Assembly: GCA_965240325.2 (NCBI GenBank)
Contig: OZ251246.1
Span: forward strand, 1,240,001-1,304,000
DNA: 64,000 bases
Source of the DNA: Rebecca billardiae RCC1528
Lineage: Eukaryota > Protista > Haptophyta
Reading direction: 5' to 3'
The notes under the pieces were generated by a model. It did not search any database. It saw nothing but the letters and a program-made list of their open reading frames with translations, and was not told the DNA's origin. Each line of letters opens with the position of its first letter. Position 1 is the stretch's first letter. The position numbers were made by a program, and so were the translations under genes. Of this stretch, positions 1 to 13,013 are shown one piece after another.

Positions 1-870
1 CACGCATTACAATCCCCAAAGCTGTTCCCGTGTTTGAACGCGCGACTGTCGGCGAGAGATGGCAGACCGGGAAGATGACCCAGGTATGAACCGTTCGCAT
101 GGCTCGTTCCAGAAGGCTACGCAGCATGCCACGGGCGTGCGGCGCAGCGTGCCTCGCATGGCAGGCGGGCAAGCGCGGCGGACAACGCGCTGACGACGCG
201 CACAGGTCCATCCCGGTCATCGTTTTCGCGATCGATCGGCTTCCCGGACCGGGAGTTCGGCGGCCTGGAAAAAGGGACTTCAAGCGCGAGGAAAAGAGCA
301 CGGCTGCGGTCCGAAAAAGCCAGAGAGATTGTGTTTTCATTTTTTAATTGCTGTGGGCCCACCTACCCGGCCCGTAGGGCCGTACTGAGACTCTGACTCA
401 GTGAGACGGTCCGACCGTGAGCACTTATTCCGGGACGCGCGACAGGCAGCGCGCGAGTCGTCCGCCGGTTGCTGTTTACTGCTGGCCCGGGGCGCGTGAC
501 TCTCGAACGATGATGAATCCTCGTCATCTGACATCTGATCAACGGTGCTGCGCTCATCCTCCGCCGAGGGCGAAAGCAATGGACAACATGCTGCTGGCGT
601 GCTGCGGCGCCCGGAGTGCATCCGCCACTGCTATTCGTCGCGCGATGCGCGCCCGCGGCCAGACGGGCGGGTGCGGCAGGCGAGGCCGCCCCAGCAGCGA
701 CAGTCGTCGCCGCCGTCGACGCCTTCTCATGCGCGCGCGCGCGCGCCCCGCCCTGCACCGAGTGTGCGCGCGTGCGTGCGCGCGTGCGCGCGTGCTGGGG
801 CGCGGCGCGGCGGCGGCGTGGGGCGCGCGGCGCGGCGGCAGTCCGCCCGCCCGCGCACGGCTGTCCGCGG

Positions 871-2221
871 TCATCGTGACGGCGGCGGCGAGTCCGGCGA
901 TGTGCGGCCAGTGCGGGTCTTGGCGCCGCTCCCCGCGCCGCCGTCCGCGCCGCCGTTCTGCGTCTGCTGGGCGTGGCCCCACCTGGCCCACCAGGGCGGC
1001 GGGTGCGCGGCGCGCTCCACCTCCGCCTCCTCCGCCGCCTTGCGCTCGGCGGCCGCCTTGCCGTCGTCGAGCCACTTGGCCCAGAAGGGCGGCGGGCGCG
1101 CCGAGCGCTCCTCCGCCTCCTCCGCGCGCACGCGCGCGCGCATCTCCTTGGAGGGCTCGCACGGCCGGATCGCGCGCACGCCCGCCTTCCGGTTCACCTT
1201 GTCCACGTACGCGCGCATACGCTGCTCGACCTTGGCCTCGCCCAGCGCCACCTTGGAGCGGCCGCCGTACTCGAGCGGCAGGTTGGAGGCGGGGATGTAC
1301 TGCAGCAGCTTGCCGCGCTGCACGTCCTTCGCGGTGAGGAACACCAGCTTCGCCTCGCAGATGTCGGACATGATCGGCTTGAGGATGGTGTACAGAGTGT
1401 TGTACCACACCGGCGTGTTCACCACGATGATGCGCGCGGCGCGGTGCGGGTAGTGCTGCGGCCGAGGGCAACGGGCGGAGGGGCGGCGCGCGCACGCGCG
1501 CACGCGCCGCTGAGCGCGCGGCGCGGTGCGGCGTGCGCTGCGGCGTGCGCTGCGGCGTGCGCTGCGCGGTGCGTCCGCTCCCTCCGCGCGTTGCCCTCAC
1601 CGCGTTGGTGAAGGAGACGATGCGCTTGATCAGGTCGAGCAGCTCCAGGGAGAGAGAGTCGAAGGAGAAGCCCGCGCAGTCGAAGAGCACGGTGGCCTGC
1701 GCGCCCTCCTTCGGCGCGGCGATGTTCCACGTGTACTCCGTGTGCCACACGTAGTGCCGAAACCCCATGTAGGGCGAGATGCCGCAGCGCTTGAGCGCGC
1801 CCGCGTCCAGCCGGCCGACCATCTCCCAGTACGTGGGGCGGCCCTCCTTGTCGGGCAGGTGCAGCGCGTGCGGGTAGTGCTTCTTCACGGCGTGGAAGTA
1901 CTTGTGCGGCTCGGTCAGGATCCGGTCCACCCCCTCCGCCTCGCGCCAGCGCAGCGTCGCCGCCCAGCGCCGCTTCGCGCGCTCGAAGGTCTTCTCGGCG
2001 AGCTGGAAGTTGAGCGGAACGTTCTCCTCGGGGGAGGTGGCGGAGGTGGGGGCGGGCTTGCGCCGGCGCCACCAGCGCGAGCGCGCGGCGCGCGAGACGA
2101 CCGTCGCCGCGCGCGGCAGCAGCTCGGGCCCGCCCAGGTGGTGCGCCAGCCACGCGCACAGCAGGCCGAGCACGAGCGCGTGCCGCCGCCGGCTGCCGAC
2201 GACGTGCAGCACCATCAGCAT
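871..2221 (-). CDS. CRAL-TRIO (Sec14-like) lipid-binding domain protein, 2 exons (2221-1601, 1455-871); start uncertain
   Basis: Motifs YPHALHLPDKEGRPTYWEMVGRLD, VLFDCAGF, then HYPHRAARIIVVNTPVWYNTLYTILKPIM...IPASNLPLEYGG. GT-AG intron 1600-1456 joins the two frames. First in-frame ATG is at 2221; the frame stays open to about 2410. Confidence 0.85.
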
Positions 2222-2556
2222 GCAGCGGAGGGAGAACGCGCGCGCCGGGGCCGCGGCGGGGAGCGCGGCGTGCACGTCCGGCTGGCCGGCCGCGGCGGGG
2301 GCGGGCGGGGCGGCGGGCGGGCGCTCTCGCCGCGCGCGCGCGACGCGCCGGCCGTGCCGCGGCTGCCGATGCGCCGCCGCTGAGCAGGCTGTGTCGTCAC
2401 CCCGCCTCACGCCCTCCCGCCGCCACAGTGCTGCGGGCGAGTTTGGCGCCGCGCCCAGTGCGACGAGGCCCGGATAGTCCGGCTAATCTAGTTGATGGCA
2501 CAATTCATTAGCCAGCTGCCCACCGCGTGGCCGCATCAAGCCGGCCTGCTTGCAGC

Positions 2557-5500
2557 ATGGCGCGCGCGACGACGACGACCAGCGTGCCGCCTCTCGCGCG
2601 CGCGCTGGCGACGGTGGCGTTGCTCGCGAGCACGGCCCTGCTCGCGCCCACGTCGGCGGCCGCGGTGGGACCGAGCGCCATGGGCGCGCGGAGAGGGCTG
2701 CGGCTCGCTCGCGCCGCGCGGCGCTGCACCGCCGCGCAGCCGCGCTGCGTCGCGGCGGAGCCGCAGCGTGCGTTCGAGGGCGGGCCAAAGCAGTTCCCGC
2801 TCGCGGCGATCGTCGGCATGGAGAACGTGAAGACGGCTCTCCTCCTCGCATCGATCAACCCGTACATTGGCGGCGTCGTCATCGCCGGCTCGCGCGGCAC
2901 CGCCAAGTCGGTGATGGCGCGCGCCGCGCACTCGCTGATGCCGCCCATCTCCGTCGTCAAGGGCTCGCGGTACAACATCGACCCGGACGGGCCGGAGGGT
3001 GCGCGCGGCGGCTGCGCGCGCGAGCTGGCACGCGCCTGCTCTAGGGGGTGGCGGCTGCGCGTGTGCGGGCGTGCCGCCGTCCGCCTGTTGACGTCCCTAC
3101 GCCGCTCCCGCCTCTCTGGCTCCCGCCTCTCTGGCTGCCGCCTCTGCGTGCGCGCGTTGCGTGCGCGCGTTGCGTGCGCGCGTTGCGTGCGCGCGTTGCG
3201 TGCGCGCGTTGCGTGCGCGCGCGTTGCGTGCGCCCGCGCGCGCGTGCTGCTGCGCAGGCGAGGTCGACTCCTTCCTCGCGGCCGAGCTCGAGAAGTCGGG
3301 CAAGTCTCTGCGCGAGCTCGAGCAGGAGGTGGTGCCGGTGCCCTTCTGCCAGGTGCCGCTGGACGTGCTCGAGGACCGGCTGCTCGGCAGCGTCGACCTG
3401 GAGAAGTCGCTGCAGGTGCGGGCCATCCTCCAGGCCGACGGGCGGCGCGCGCGGGGGCGGGCCTCGCCGCGCGGGCCGCGGCGCGCGCCGGGGCGCAGCG
3501 CCCCCTGCCCCTGCAGTGTGGCGCGCACGCACGTGCACATCCGCACCGGCGCCCCTCACGCGCACGCCGCCCGCCGCGCCCGCCCGCCGCGCCCCTCGCG
3601 CGCAGACGGGCGAGACGGTCTTCGAGCCCGGGCTGCTCGCGCGCGCGCACCGCGGCGTGCTCTACATCGACGACATCAACCTGCTGGACGAGTCGATCTC
3701 CAACCTGCTGCTGAGCGTGATCTCGAGCGGCGAGGTTGTGGTGGAGCGCGAGGGGCTGAGCGTGCGCCACCCGTGCCGCCCGATCATGGTGGCGACGTAC
3801 AACCCGGAGGAGGGCGAGCTGCGCAACCACCTGCTCGACCGCATCGGCATCGCGCTCTCCGCCGACGCCGAGCCGCTCTCCCTCGAGGAGCGCATCGAGG
3901 CGGCGGAGACGGCCAACCGCTTCGCGTACACGCCCGGCGCGGTGATCGCGGAGAGCGAGGAGACGCAGGAGGGCATGAAGTCCACGCTCGTGTACGCGCG
4001 CGAGTTCATGAAGGACGTGCGCATCGCCAAGGCGCAGGTGGAGTACCTCTGCGAGGAGGCCATCCGCGCGGGCGTGCAGGGCCACCGCGCCGAGATGTTC
4101 GCCGCCGAGGTCGCCAAGGCGTCCGCGGCCATCGAGCAGCGCACAGAGGTGCTCGCAGACGACCTCACACTCGCCGTCAAGCTCGCCATCATCCCGCGCG
4201 GCACGCAGGTGCAGGGCCCCGGCGAGGATGACGAGATGATGCAGCAGCCGCCGCCGCCGCCGCCGCCGCAGGACCAGATGGACGACGAGGATCAGCAGGA
4301 CGAGAACGAGGACGAGCCCGAGGAGGAGGAGGAGGAGCAGGACGAGGAGCAGGCGCCGCCCGCGCTGCCCGAGGAGTTCATGCTCGACCCCGAGGGCGTG
4401 GCGCTCGACCCCGACGTGATGCAGTTCGCCATGCGCTCCAAGACGGGCCAGTCGGGCAAAGGCAACCTCATCTTCTCCGAGGACCGCGGGCGGTACATCA
4501 AGCCGATGCTGCCCAAGGGCAAGGTGAAGCGGCTCGCGGTCGACGCGACGATGCGCGCGGCCGCGCCGTACCAGCGCACGCGGCGCGAGCGCGCGGCCAG
4601 CGGCCCCAAGCGCAACAAGCCGGTGTACATCGAGCAGTCGGACGTGCGCTCCAAGAAGATGGCGCGCAAGGCGGGCTCGCTCATCGTCTTTGTCGTCGAC
4701 GCGTCGGGCTCGATGGCGCTCAACCGCATGAACGCGGCCAAGGGCGCGGCCATCAACCTGCTCACCACCGCGTACCAGTCGCGAGACAAGATCGCGCTCA
4801 TCGCCTTCCAGGTGCGGCGCACGCACCGCGCGGCGCACGCACCGCGCAGCGGCCGCGGCAGGGGCAGGGCCGCAGGGGCAGGGGCGGCAGGGGCAGGGGC
4901 GGCGGGGGCAGGGCAGGCGCGCGCGCGCACCGCCGCTCACGCGCGCACGCGCACGCGCGCGCGCACGCGCACGCGCACGCGTGCGCGCGCAGGGCGAGGC
5001 CTCGACGGTGCTGCTGCCGCCCACGCGCTCGATCGCGATGGCCAAGAAGCGGCTCGAGCGCATGCCGTGCGGCGGCGGCTCGCCGCTCGCGCACGCCCTG
5101 TCGAACGCCGTGCAGGTCGGCCTCAGCGCGCAGAAGTGCGGCGACACGGGCGACGTGGTCGTCGTGTGCGTGAGCGACGGCCGCGCCAACGTGCCCCTCG
5201 CCACCTCGCTCGGGCTGGACGAGCCAGCCGCGCCGGAGGGCGAGGGCGCCGAGGGCGGCGCCGGGTCGGACAAGGCGGCCAAGGAGGCGCTCAAGGAGGA
5301 GGTGCTGGCGATGGCCAAGCAGCTGCGCGCGCTGCCCGGCTTCAAGCTGCTGATGCTCGACACCGAGAACAAGTTCGTCTCCACAGGTGCTCGCGCGCAC
5401 GGGCGGCGCGGCGCTCGGCTGCGTGTACGCCGTTGGGTGCGCCGCGGCTGTGCTGAGCGTGCGCACACACCCCGCGCGCCGCCTGCACCCATCGCCCGCC

Positions 5501-5631
5501 CACCGCGTCGCGCAGGCATGGCCAAGGAAATAGCGGCGGCTGCGGGCGGGCGGTACCACTACATCCCCAAGGCGACCGAGCAGAGCATGGCCGCCGTCGC
5601 CAACACGGCGCTCGCCGGACTCAAGGGCTGA
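2557..5631 (+). CDS. chlD: Magnesium chelatase subunit D, plastid-targeted; 5 exons (2557-2998, 3258-3415, 3606-4811, 4993-5386, 5516-5631)
   Basis: AAA+ part ([48 protein letters not shown]), Pro/acidic linker, and C-terminal VWA ([30 protein letters not shown]). All four introns are GT-AG and phase-consistent. N-terminal hydrophobic stretch plus Arg/Ala-rich transit-like region. Confidence 0.96.
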
Positions 5632-6108
5632 GCGCAGGCGTGCCGGCGGCAGAGCGCGCGCCTCGGGCGGCGCGCGCGCGCCCGACCCAGCTGCGCAGGC
5701 TGGCTCGGAAGGAGGCGTCGTCCGACGCCCGCGCTGGCGCGCACGCCGCAGGCGCGAGCCGGCTGGCGGCTGTGGCTCGAGTCATGTAGTGGACGAGTGC
5801 GCGACATGCAGTGGCGACTCTCGTCGCGTCCGCGTGGCGCGGCTTAACGCTGCGCGCTATAAATAAAGTTTGCCCACGCCGCCTGACGGCCTGACCCGCC
5901 CTGAGGCGGCTGAGGAGTGAGGCCTGACCGCGCGTCCGCGTACCGGGCCAATCTTAATATTAAATCGCGCGCCTATATAGCTAAGTATATATAGCCTGCT
6001 ATATAATATATACTTATAAATACTCGGTCCGGATTCGGACTATTGTCGTCTACTTATATGCTGCTGTTAGAGTCGCAGTCGTATTACGCGTACGACTGAC
6101 ATTGCGGA

Positions 6109-6765
6109 CTACTCCGACAACGACGATGCGTCCGATGATGGCAGCACCGCCGTGCTGAGCTGCTCCCCCCTGGTGGAGGCCTTGAACTTGGGCAGCGCAT
6201 CGCCCACGTCCAGCACGCGCTGCGCGTAGTACATGTGGTGCAACGGGCGCCACGCGGGGGGCAGCCGCGCATACGGCCCACCGGCCTGGCCGTCAGTGGC
6301 GTCACTCTCCTCGCCGTTGTCGACCAAGTCGTCCACCAGCGCGAGGGGCACGGCGCACGTCTGGCTGGGCGCGGCGCCGAGCGTTGCGCGCACGGGCGTG
6401 TAGCAGCGCGCGCAGCGCGAGCGCTTCACGTTGCGCGAGGTGCGCGTGTGCACGAGCTCGCCCGTCACGGTGACGTCCGCGGCATTGAATAGCGCCATCG
6501 CCATGAACGGCGCGCCCGAGAGCTTGCGGCACGTCGAGCAGTGGCAGATGCTCGCGCCAAGCGGCTCGGCGGCCATGCTGACGGCCACCTGCCCGCAATA
6601 GCACCGCCCACTCGCGCGCACGCGCGCCTCGCTGCCGCTGCGGGCGTGGGGCGAGGTTGCCGCGCGCAGGCGCACGGCTGGCGCGCGCACTCGCGGCCGG
6701 ACGCTCGCGCCTGCCGGCGCCACCGCCGACGCGAGCAGCGCGAGCAGCCCGACGGCACGCGCCAT
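6109..6765 (-). CDS. GFA / CENP-V family Zn-binding protein with N-terminal signal peptide
   Basis: GRCYCGQV...ICHCSTCRKLSGAPF...RSRCARCYTP cysteine pattern, PLHHMYY near the C-terminus; hydrophobic N-terminus MARAVGLLALLASA. Confidence 0.85.
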   Translation of the reverse strand: MARAVGLLALLASAVAPAGASVRPRVRAPAVRLRAATSPHARSGSEARVRASGRCYCGQVAVSMAAEPLGASICHCSTCRKLSGAPFMAMALFNAADVTVTGELVHTRTSRNVKRSRCARCYTPVRATLGAAPSQTCAVPLALVDDLVDNGEESDATDGQAGGPYARLPPAWRPLHHMYYAQRVLDVGDALPKFKASTRGEQLSTAVLPSSDASSLSE

Positions 6766-7264
6766 GTCGCGCCTTTGCCGCCTTCGATGACGCGCCGTTT
6801 GCCTGACGACGATTGGTGACTAATTCTATGATTTAAAGACACAGGCACGAGGGCGCAGCTCTCCTGATTCGTCTGTAGTGGTACTGGTCGAAGCTTGCAG
6901 CAGTTGCAGTGGTGTGAGCGCGTTGATGTTGGTCCCCATGGCGGATGTCGTTGTTGTCGTCGTCCGGACGTCGTCAGGCCCACCAGGAAGTGCATGGGTA
7001 CGAAAGCAAAGGCGAGTGAGCATGTTGGCGTCGGCCAGGCCGTCCCCTACTTGGTCACTGCTCTGACGAGCTATTTGTTTTTATTTAACAAAAAAGTGTT
7101 GATGATGAAAAGTTACCACGAGCAGCCCGGATCACCCCCCGGTGGGCGGGCCTTGGCGCACCCGGCTAAGCCGAGTAAGCGCGGGCCGTAGTGATCACCG
7201 CGGATCGCGGTCGTCTACGAGTGCACCCGGGAGCGAGACGCCCGAACTGCTGGCGAGCCCTTAC

Positions 7265-7330
7265 GACAGCGTGCCACGGTAGGGTAATAAGCCGTAAGAG
7301 TTACGGCTTACCCTACTGTGGCACGCTGTC
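7265..7330. repeat. Near-perfect ~30-bp-stem inverted repeat (hairpin)
   Basis: GACAGCGTGCCACGGTAGGGTAA(TAA)GCCGTAA-gag-TTACGGCTTACCCTACTGTGGCACGCTGTC; one mismatch and a 3-nt bulge. Confidence 0.9.
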
Positions 7331-7525
7331 ACGGTGTAGTAGTACATATATATACCCGCCTCGTCAGACAGTTCGTCCCTGACGAAATTAATGATGACTG
7401 CCGAGCTGCGCCCGCCTGGCTCAGGTCGACTGTGAGCGAGCGAGGCTTCCCGCGCGGTGCCGGTCTGCGACTGCGAGCCGTGCGCGCGCCGTCGGCGTCC
7501 ACGCGGCACGGGCCGTGCGCGGCGC

Positions 7526-9019
7526 TTACACGTCCGGCAGCACGCACTGCGGGCGGGGGCGGCGCGCGGCGTGGCGCGGCGGCGCGTCCGGTGAGCCCTC
7601 GCGCGCGCGCCTCGCGCGTTGCTGCGCGCGCGTTCCGCCGCGCGCACCGTCTCCATGATCTTGGCGGTGACGGAGTAGGGGTCCATGTTGGACGCGGGGC
7701 GGCGGTCCTCGAAGTAGCCGCGCTTGTCCTTCTCAGTCATGCGCGGGATGCGCACGGAGGCGCCGCGGTCGGCGACGCCCCACTTGAACTGGTGGATCGA
7801 GGCGGTCTCGTGCTTCCCCGTCAGGCGGCGCTTGTTGTCCTCCCCGCCCGTCGGGTCGTACGCCTGGATGTGCTCCTGCTGCTTGCCGGGCGCGCCCAGC
7901 CGCTCCATGTACTTCTCGATGGCCGCGTACCCGCCCGCGCGCCGGGTGGCGTCGGTGGAGACGTTGGTGTGGCAGCCCGCGCCGTTCCAGTCGCCGGCGA
8001 TGGGCTTGGGGTCGAAGGTGACGACGATGCCGAACTCCTCGCACACGCGCACGAGGAAGTAGCGGCTCATCCACAGCTGGTCGCCCGCCTCGATCCCGTC
8101 GCACGGGCCCACCTGGTACTCCCACTGGCCCGGCATCACCTCGCCGTTGATGCCCGAGATCTTGATGCCCGCGGCGAGGCAGCACTTGTAGTGCGCCTCG
8201 GCGACGCGGCGGCCGAACGCGTTCTCCGCGCCGATCGAGCAGTAGTACGGGCCCTGCGGCTTCGGGCGCCCCGGCGCCTTGGGCCAGCCGTACGGGGTCT
8301 CGCGCTGCAGCGAGGTGCCGCGGAAGGCCGTGCCCGGGTGCGAGCGCTCGAAGAGCGTGTACTCCTGCTCGATGCCGAACCAGGGGTGCTGCGAGGCGCA
8401 CTTCTTCATGATCTTCTCCGCCGCCGCGCGCGTGTTGCCGTACACGCCCGGCTTGTTCGGCAGCGGCGCGCCCAGCCCGCGCGGGCCGTTCGGGTCGGGC
8501 AGGTAGTTCTCGCACAGCACCACGACGTGCGGCCGCCCGCGGAAGGGGTCGTCGTACACGGCGACGGGCTTGAGCAGCACCTCCGAGTCGCTGCCCGGCG
8601 CCTGGTTCGTCGACGAGCCGTCGTAGTTCCACACCGGCAGGTCCGCCGGCTTGCTGCCGGGCGCGAGGGCGCGCGCGCGCGCGCCGCGCGCGGTCAGCGG
8701 TGCGCCCGCGCGCGCCGCGCGCGCGCGGCGGCGCCGGTCGCGCGGCGCGACGCGCGAGCTGCCGGGCGTGGCCGTGATGTGCCCCCGATCCACGCGGCGC
8801 GCGCGCGCGCCGCGCGTCGCGCCGCGCTCACAGGCTGGAGCCGGCCTTGAGCGTGCGCGTCTTGCAGCGCATCTCCATGTCCGAGCCGAGCCAGACGTAC
8901 TCGGCCTGGATCTCGCCGTCCTTCGCCTTGAGGTCCATGAACTTCTCGACGATCTCAAACTTGAGGTCGGTGTACGGCGGGATCACCTCCTCGGGGGGGA
9001 CGCTGCCGCAGTTGCCCAT
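7526..9019 (-). CDS. GLN1: Glutamine synthetase type II, 3 exons (9019-8832, 8653-7648, 7546-7526)
   Basis: [98 protein letters not shown]. Two GT-AG introns; intron 1 has a CTGAC branch point. Protein ends ...IMETCVLPDV*. Confidence 0.96.
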
Positions 9020-9784
9020 GGTGCGCGCGAGTGGTGCTGTTTGCGGCGGGGTGCGGGTGGATCCAAATGCGGGCGCAGGGCCGAACAGACGGGGGAGCTC
9101 TGGCCAGGACCCGCGCGACACGTGGGCGCGCCCGCCGCGGCCGAAGCGCGGGAACCGGCGCGGGGAGGACCCAAAAGCGGCGGTTTTATCGAGCCGGCTC
9201 TCACAGCAACTTACAAGATGCCGCGCCGCTCTCAAGATTCTAGCGTCTGGATGGGCGGAAGCCAGTATTCGGAATCCATTAGCGCTGTTCGATAGCCTGA
9301 AAAAGGCGCGATGCTCGTAGTCATCACATACCTCGCACACATGGCTTTCAGCCATCAAGTACTACTCATGATGCGCGAATGATGATGGCAGAAGGAGATC
9401 GAAGGAGTCTTTTTTTCGGCCCCGGCCGACGCGGTACCTGTCGCTTCGGAAGCCCCCTCCCTCCAAGCGTTGACTTGAGATCACCCGAAACCCGCGTCAG
9501 TAAATGGCTGCGGCCGAGTGGCTCGCTAAACTAACCGCCTACACTGAACTCGGAACGCTCCAGAGTCAGGGACTGTGTGTGCACACATGCGTCACTATGA
9601 TCATGCAGCCCCCACTTGGCAGCCCACTGGCAGCCGAAGGCACACGCCGCGCCTGCGACACGTGCCAATGACAATGATGATCTCGCCCGGCCACGTGACG
9701 TCCGGCACTCCGTGTCGCACGCTCAGACAGCCGCGGCCGCGGCCGGTGGTCTCAGCGGCGAGGCGAGCAGCGGCAGGCCGTTGA

Positions 9785-10471
9785 TCACAAGCCGGCGAGC
9801 AGCTCGTCCGCGGCCGCGGCCGCGGCCGCGGCGTGCGCGGCGGAGCCCGCGCCGGCGGGCGCTCCGTCCGCTGCGCCGTGAGCGTGTGCGCCGTGTGCGC
9901 CCCGCCCCTCCGCCTCGTCGCCGCTGCACGCGCCGTCGGTCGAGGGCGCGTGCGCGTCGTGCCCGCCGTGCTCGTGCTCATCGAGCGCGCCGAGCGGCCC
10001 CGCCGACAGCGGGAACGGCAGCGAGTCGTCGGTGAGCGCCAGCGGCAGGTGGGAGAGGTCGACCTTGGTGAGGTAGTCGTCGTCCGCGCCCATGGCGCCC
10101 ATGGTGCCGTCTGCGCCCTCGCCGCCCAGCTGCAGCGCAGCGCCCACGTCCGCGTGGCCCATCAGCACGTCGTCGGCGAGCGCGCGGACCTCCTCCTCCA
10201 TCAGCGCGGCGTCGACGCCGCAGCCCGCCGCGCCGCGCGCGCGCCCGCCGCGCCCGCCGCGCCTGTCCGCGCTCGCGCGCGCGGCGGCCATGTAGGCGCG
10301 CGCGCGGCCGAGCTCGCTGTCCTCGTCGTCGTCGTCGGGCAGCTCGGGGTGGCGGGGGAGGGCGTAGTCGTCCTCGTCCTCCGTGCCGCTGTCCGCGCCG
10401 TCGTCGTCGTCGTACTCCTCGCCCTCGTACTCCTCACCCTCGCCCTCGCCCTCCTCCTCCTCCTCCTCCTC

Positions 10472-10535
<64 letters not shown>

Positions 10536-12982
10536 GTCGCAGCGGCCGCGGCCGCGGTCGCGGCCGCGACGCCGATGGCGGCGGCGCGCCTGCGGCGCTG
10601 GCGGCGCACGCCGCCGGCCTCGCCCATCGCGGCGGCGGCGGCTGCGGCGCCGAGCGGCGCGCGCAGCCTCGCGCGGTGCGCCCTCCGCCCTCCGCCGCCG
10701 GCCGCGCGCAGCCGCTGCCCCTGCGGCTGCGCGCCGCCCTCCGCCGCCCTCGCCTTCTCGTCGGCCGGAATCATGCGCACCGCGTTGAGGTTGAGCACGG
10801 CCGCGCGGTGGTGGGGCGCGACGGCGGCGCCGGGCGGGGCCTGCTTGAGCGCGGACTCGGCGAAGTTGAGCACCGCCTTCGGCCCGTGCAGCTGCAGCGC
10901 GAACTCGTCGTACGCGCGCGCCGCCTGCAGCTCGGTGCCGAAGCAGCCGATCACAACCTCCTTGCCGTTGCGCTTGACGCGCGCCTTCCACCGGCCGTGC
11001 CGCTTCGAGACGCCCCGGTAGAGAGAGGTCTTGCGCGAGGTGACGCGGCCGCGGCCCTCGGCGGTGGGCGAGTCGGAGCCGTCGCGCGAGCCGCCCTCGT
11101 CCGCGCCGGTGCTGCCCCCGTGCTCCGTCCACCCGCCGCCGCCGTCCGAGCCCGGGCCGGGCCGCGCGGCGAGCGCAAACGCGGCGCGGCCCGGGCCGGC
11201 GCCGAGCCCGCGCGCGCCGCCCGCGCCGCCCGCGCCGAGCGAGCCGGCGGCGGCGGCGGCGTCGGACGCGTCGGCGGCGGCGGGGCCGACGGCGTAGCCG
11301 TAGCCCACGCCGCCGCCGCCGGGGCCCGCCACGCCGGCCACCGGCGGCGAGCACACGCCCAGCGGCAGCGGCGCGCCGTCCGACGGGATCGGCGTGGCGC
11401 ACGCGACCGCTGCCGCGCCGCCACCTGTGCCGCCCGTGCGCGCGCGCTTGGCCAATGAGCCGGAGGGCTTGGCGCCGCGCGCGCCGCCGCCGGCGCTGCC
11501 GCCGCCGGGCGGCACGAGCGGCGCGGCGAGGCGCTGCGGCGTGCACCCGGCGGTCGCGGCGACCGCCGCGGCCACCGCCGCGCGGTTGCGCGCGCCGCCG
11601 TGCGCGCGCTGCGCCTGCTCCAGCGCGCGGGACGCGGGCAGCTCCGAAGCCTCCGCCCACGCGCGCGCGCCCGGCGGCACGCTCGACGCGCGCGCCGCAG
11701 CGTCCGCCGCGTCCGCGGCGGCGCACGCGGCGGAGGGCGCGGCGGCGGCGTGGGCGGCGGAGGGCGGCACGGGCGAGCCGCCCGCGCGCAGCGCTGCGTG
11801 CGCCTGGTCGAGGTGCGCCATCACAAACGCGCACGCGTCCGCGCGCGAGACTGCGGAGAGAGAGGAGCCGCGCCGGCAGGAGGAGTCACGGCGCAGCAGC
11901 AGGCTGCCGCCGCCGCACCCGCACGCGGCGGCGGCGGCGGCGCGCGGCGCGGAGGCGCGCGGGAGGGCGTCCGCGTCGGGCTCGGGCTTTGGCCCGAGCT
12001 TGCCGCCCCCGTCCTCGTCCAGCCGCGCCGCCGCGTCCGCCGCGTCGAAGAGGTCGGCACCGTGGGCGCCACCGTCAGCGCTCACGCCGCACCCGCCGAC
12101 GTGCGTCGAGGCCTCGAGCCAGGCGAAGGCTGCGCGCGCGATGGAGGACTCGTCGGCGGGCGCGTCGGCGTGCGTGCCCGCCAGCCGCGCGAGCCCCAGC
12201 CCGAACGCGCCGCGGCAGAAGCACGCAGGGCACGTCCAGCGCGCGCCGGCCGCGCCGGCCGCGCCGGCCGCGCCGCCGCGCGCCCGCGCGCCCGCGCCGG
12301 CCGCGGCCGAGCGCGCGCGCGCGCCGCCGGCGCGCTCGTCGGCGGCGGGCGCAGCGTCGTCGGCGTCGCTGAGCTCGAGGTGCAGCGCGCGCAGCACGGG
12401 CAGCGCGCCGCTCGCCGCCGCCTCCGCCGCCGACGTCGCGCCGCTCCCTGAGCTCGAGACGCCGACGGCGCCGGGCGGCGACGGCGCCTCGTGCGCGCCG
12501 TGGGCGCACAGCGCGCGCACGCACGCCGGGTGGAAGGCGGCGGCGCAGGCCTCGCACGCGCGGAGCGCGTCGTCGTCGCCCTCGTCGCCCGCGCCCTCGC
12601 CGCACAGCCCGCACGCCTCCGCCGCGGCGAGCCGCCCGCCCTCCGCCGCCGACTCGGCGGGCGGCGCGCCCTCCGCGGGCCGCACGGCGTGCAGCGGCAC
12701 CCACTCGTCGACGCCCAAGGGCGCGCCGTCGAAGCGGACGAGGACGCGCGTGGCGGTGGCGAGCACCACGGTGGCGTGGCGCGCGCGCCCGGCCGGGCCC
12801 GCCGCCGGCCGCCGGCCGCCGCCGCCGCCGCTCGCGGCGCTGGGCGCGGGCTGCTCGCTGAGCACGAGCACGGCCGTGCCCGCGGCGAGCGGGCGGGCCG
12901 GGAGCGAGTCGGCGTGGGCGCAGGCGCCCGAGGCGGCGCGAGCGTCGCCGCGCCGCGCGGCCGCGCCGCCGCCGTCGCGGCC

Positions 12983-13013
<31 letters not shown>

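Noticed and set aside
7100-7260. Group I intron P-like motif (AACTGCTGG) and C-box-like TGATGA
   Set aside because: No Q/R/S elements and no suitably spaced D box; too little to call an ncRNA.
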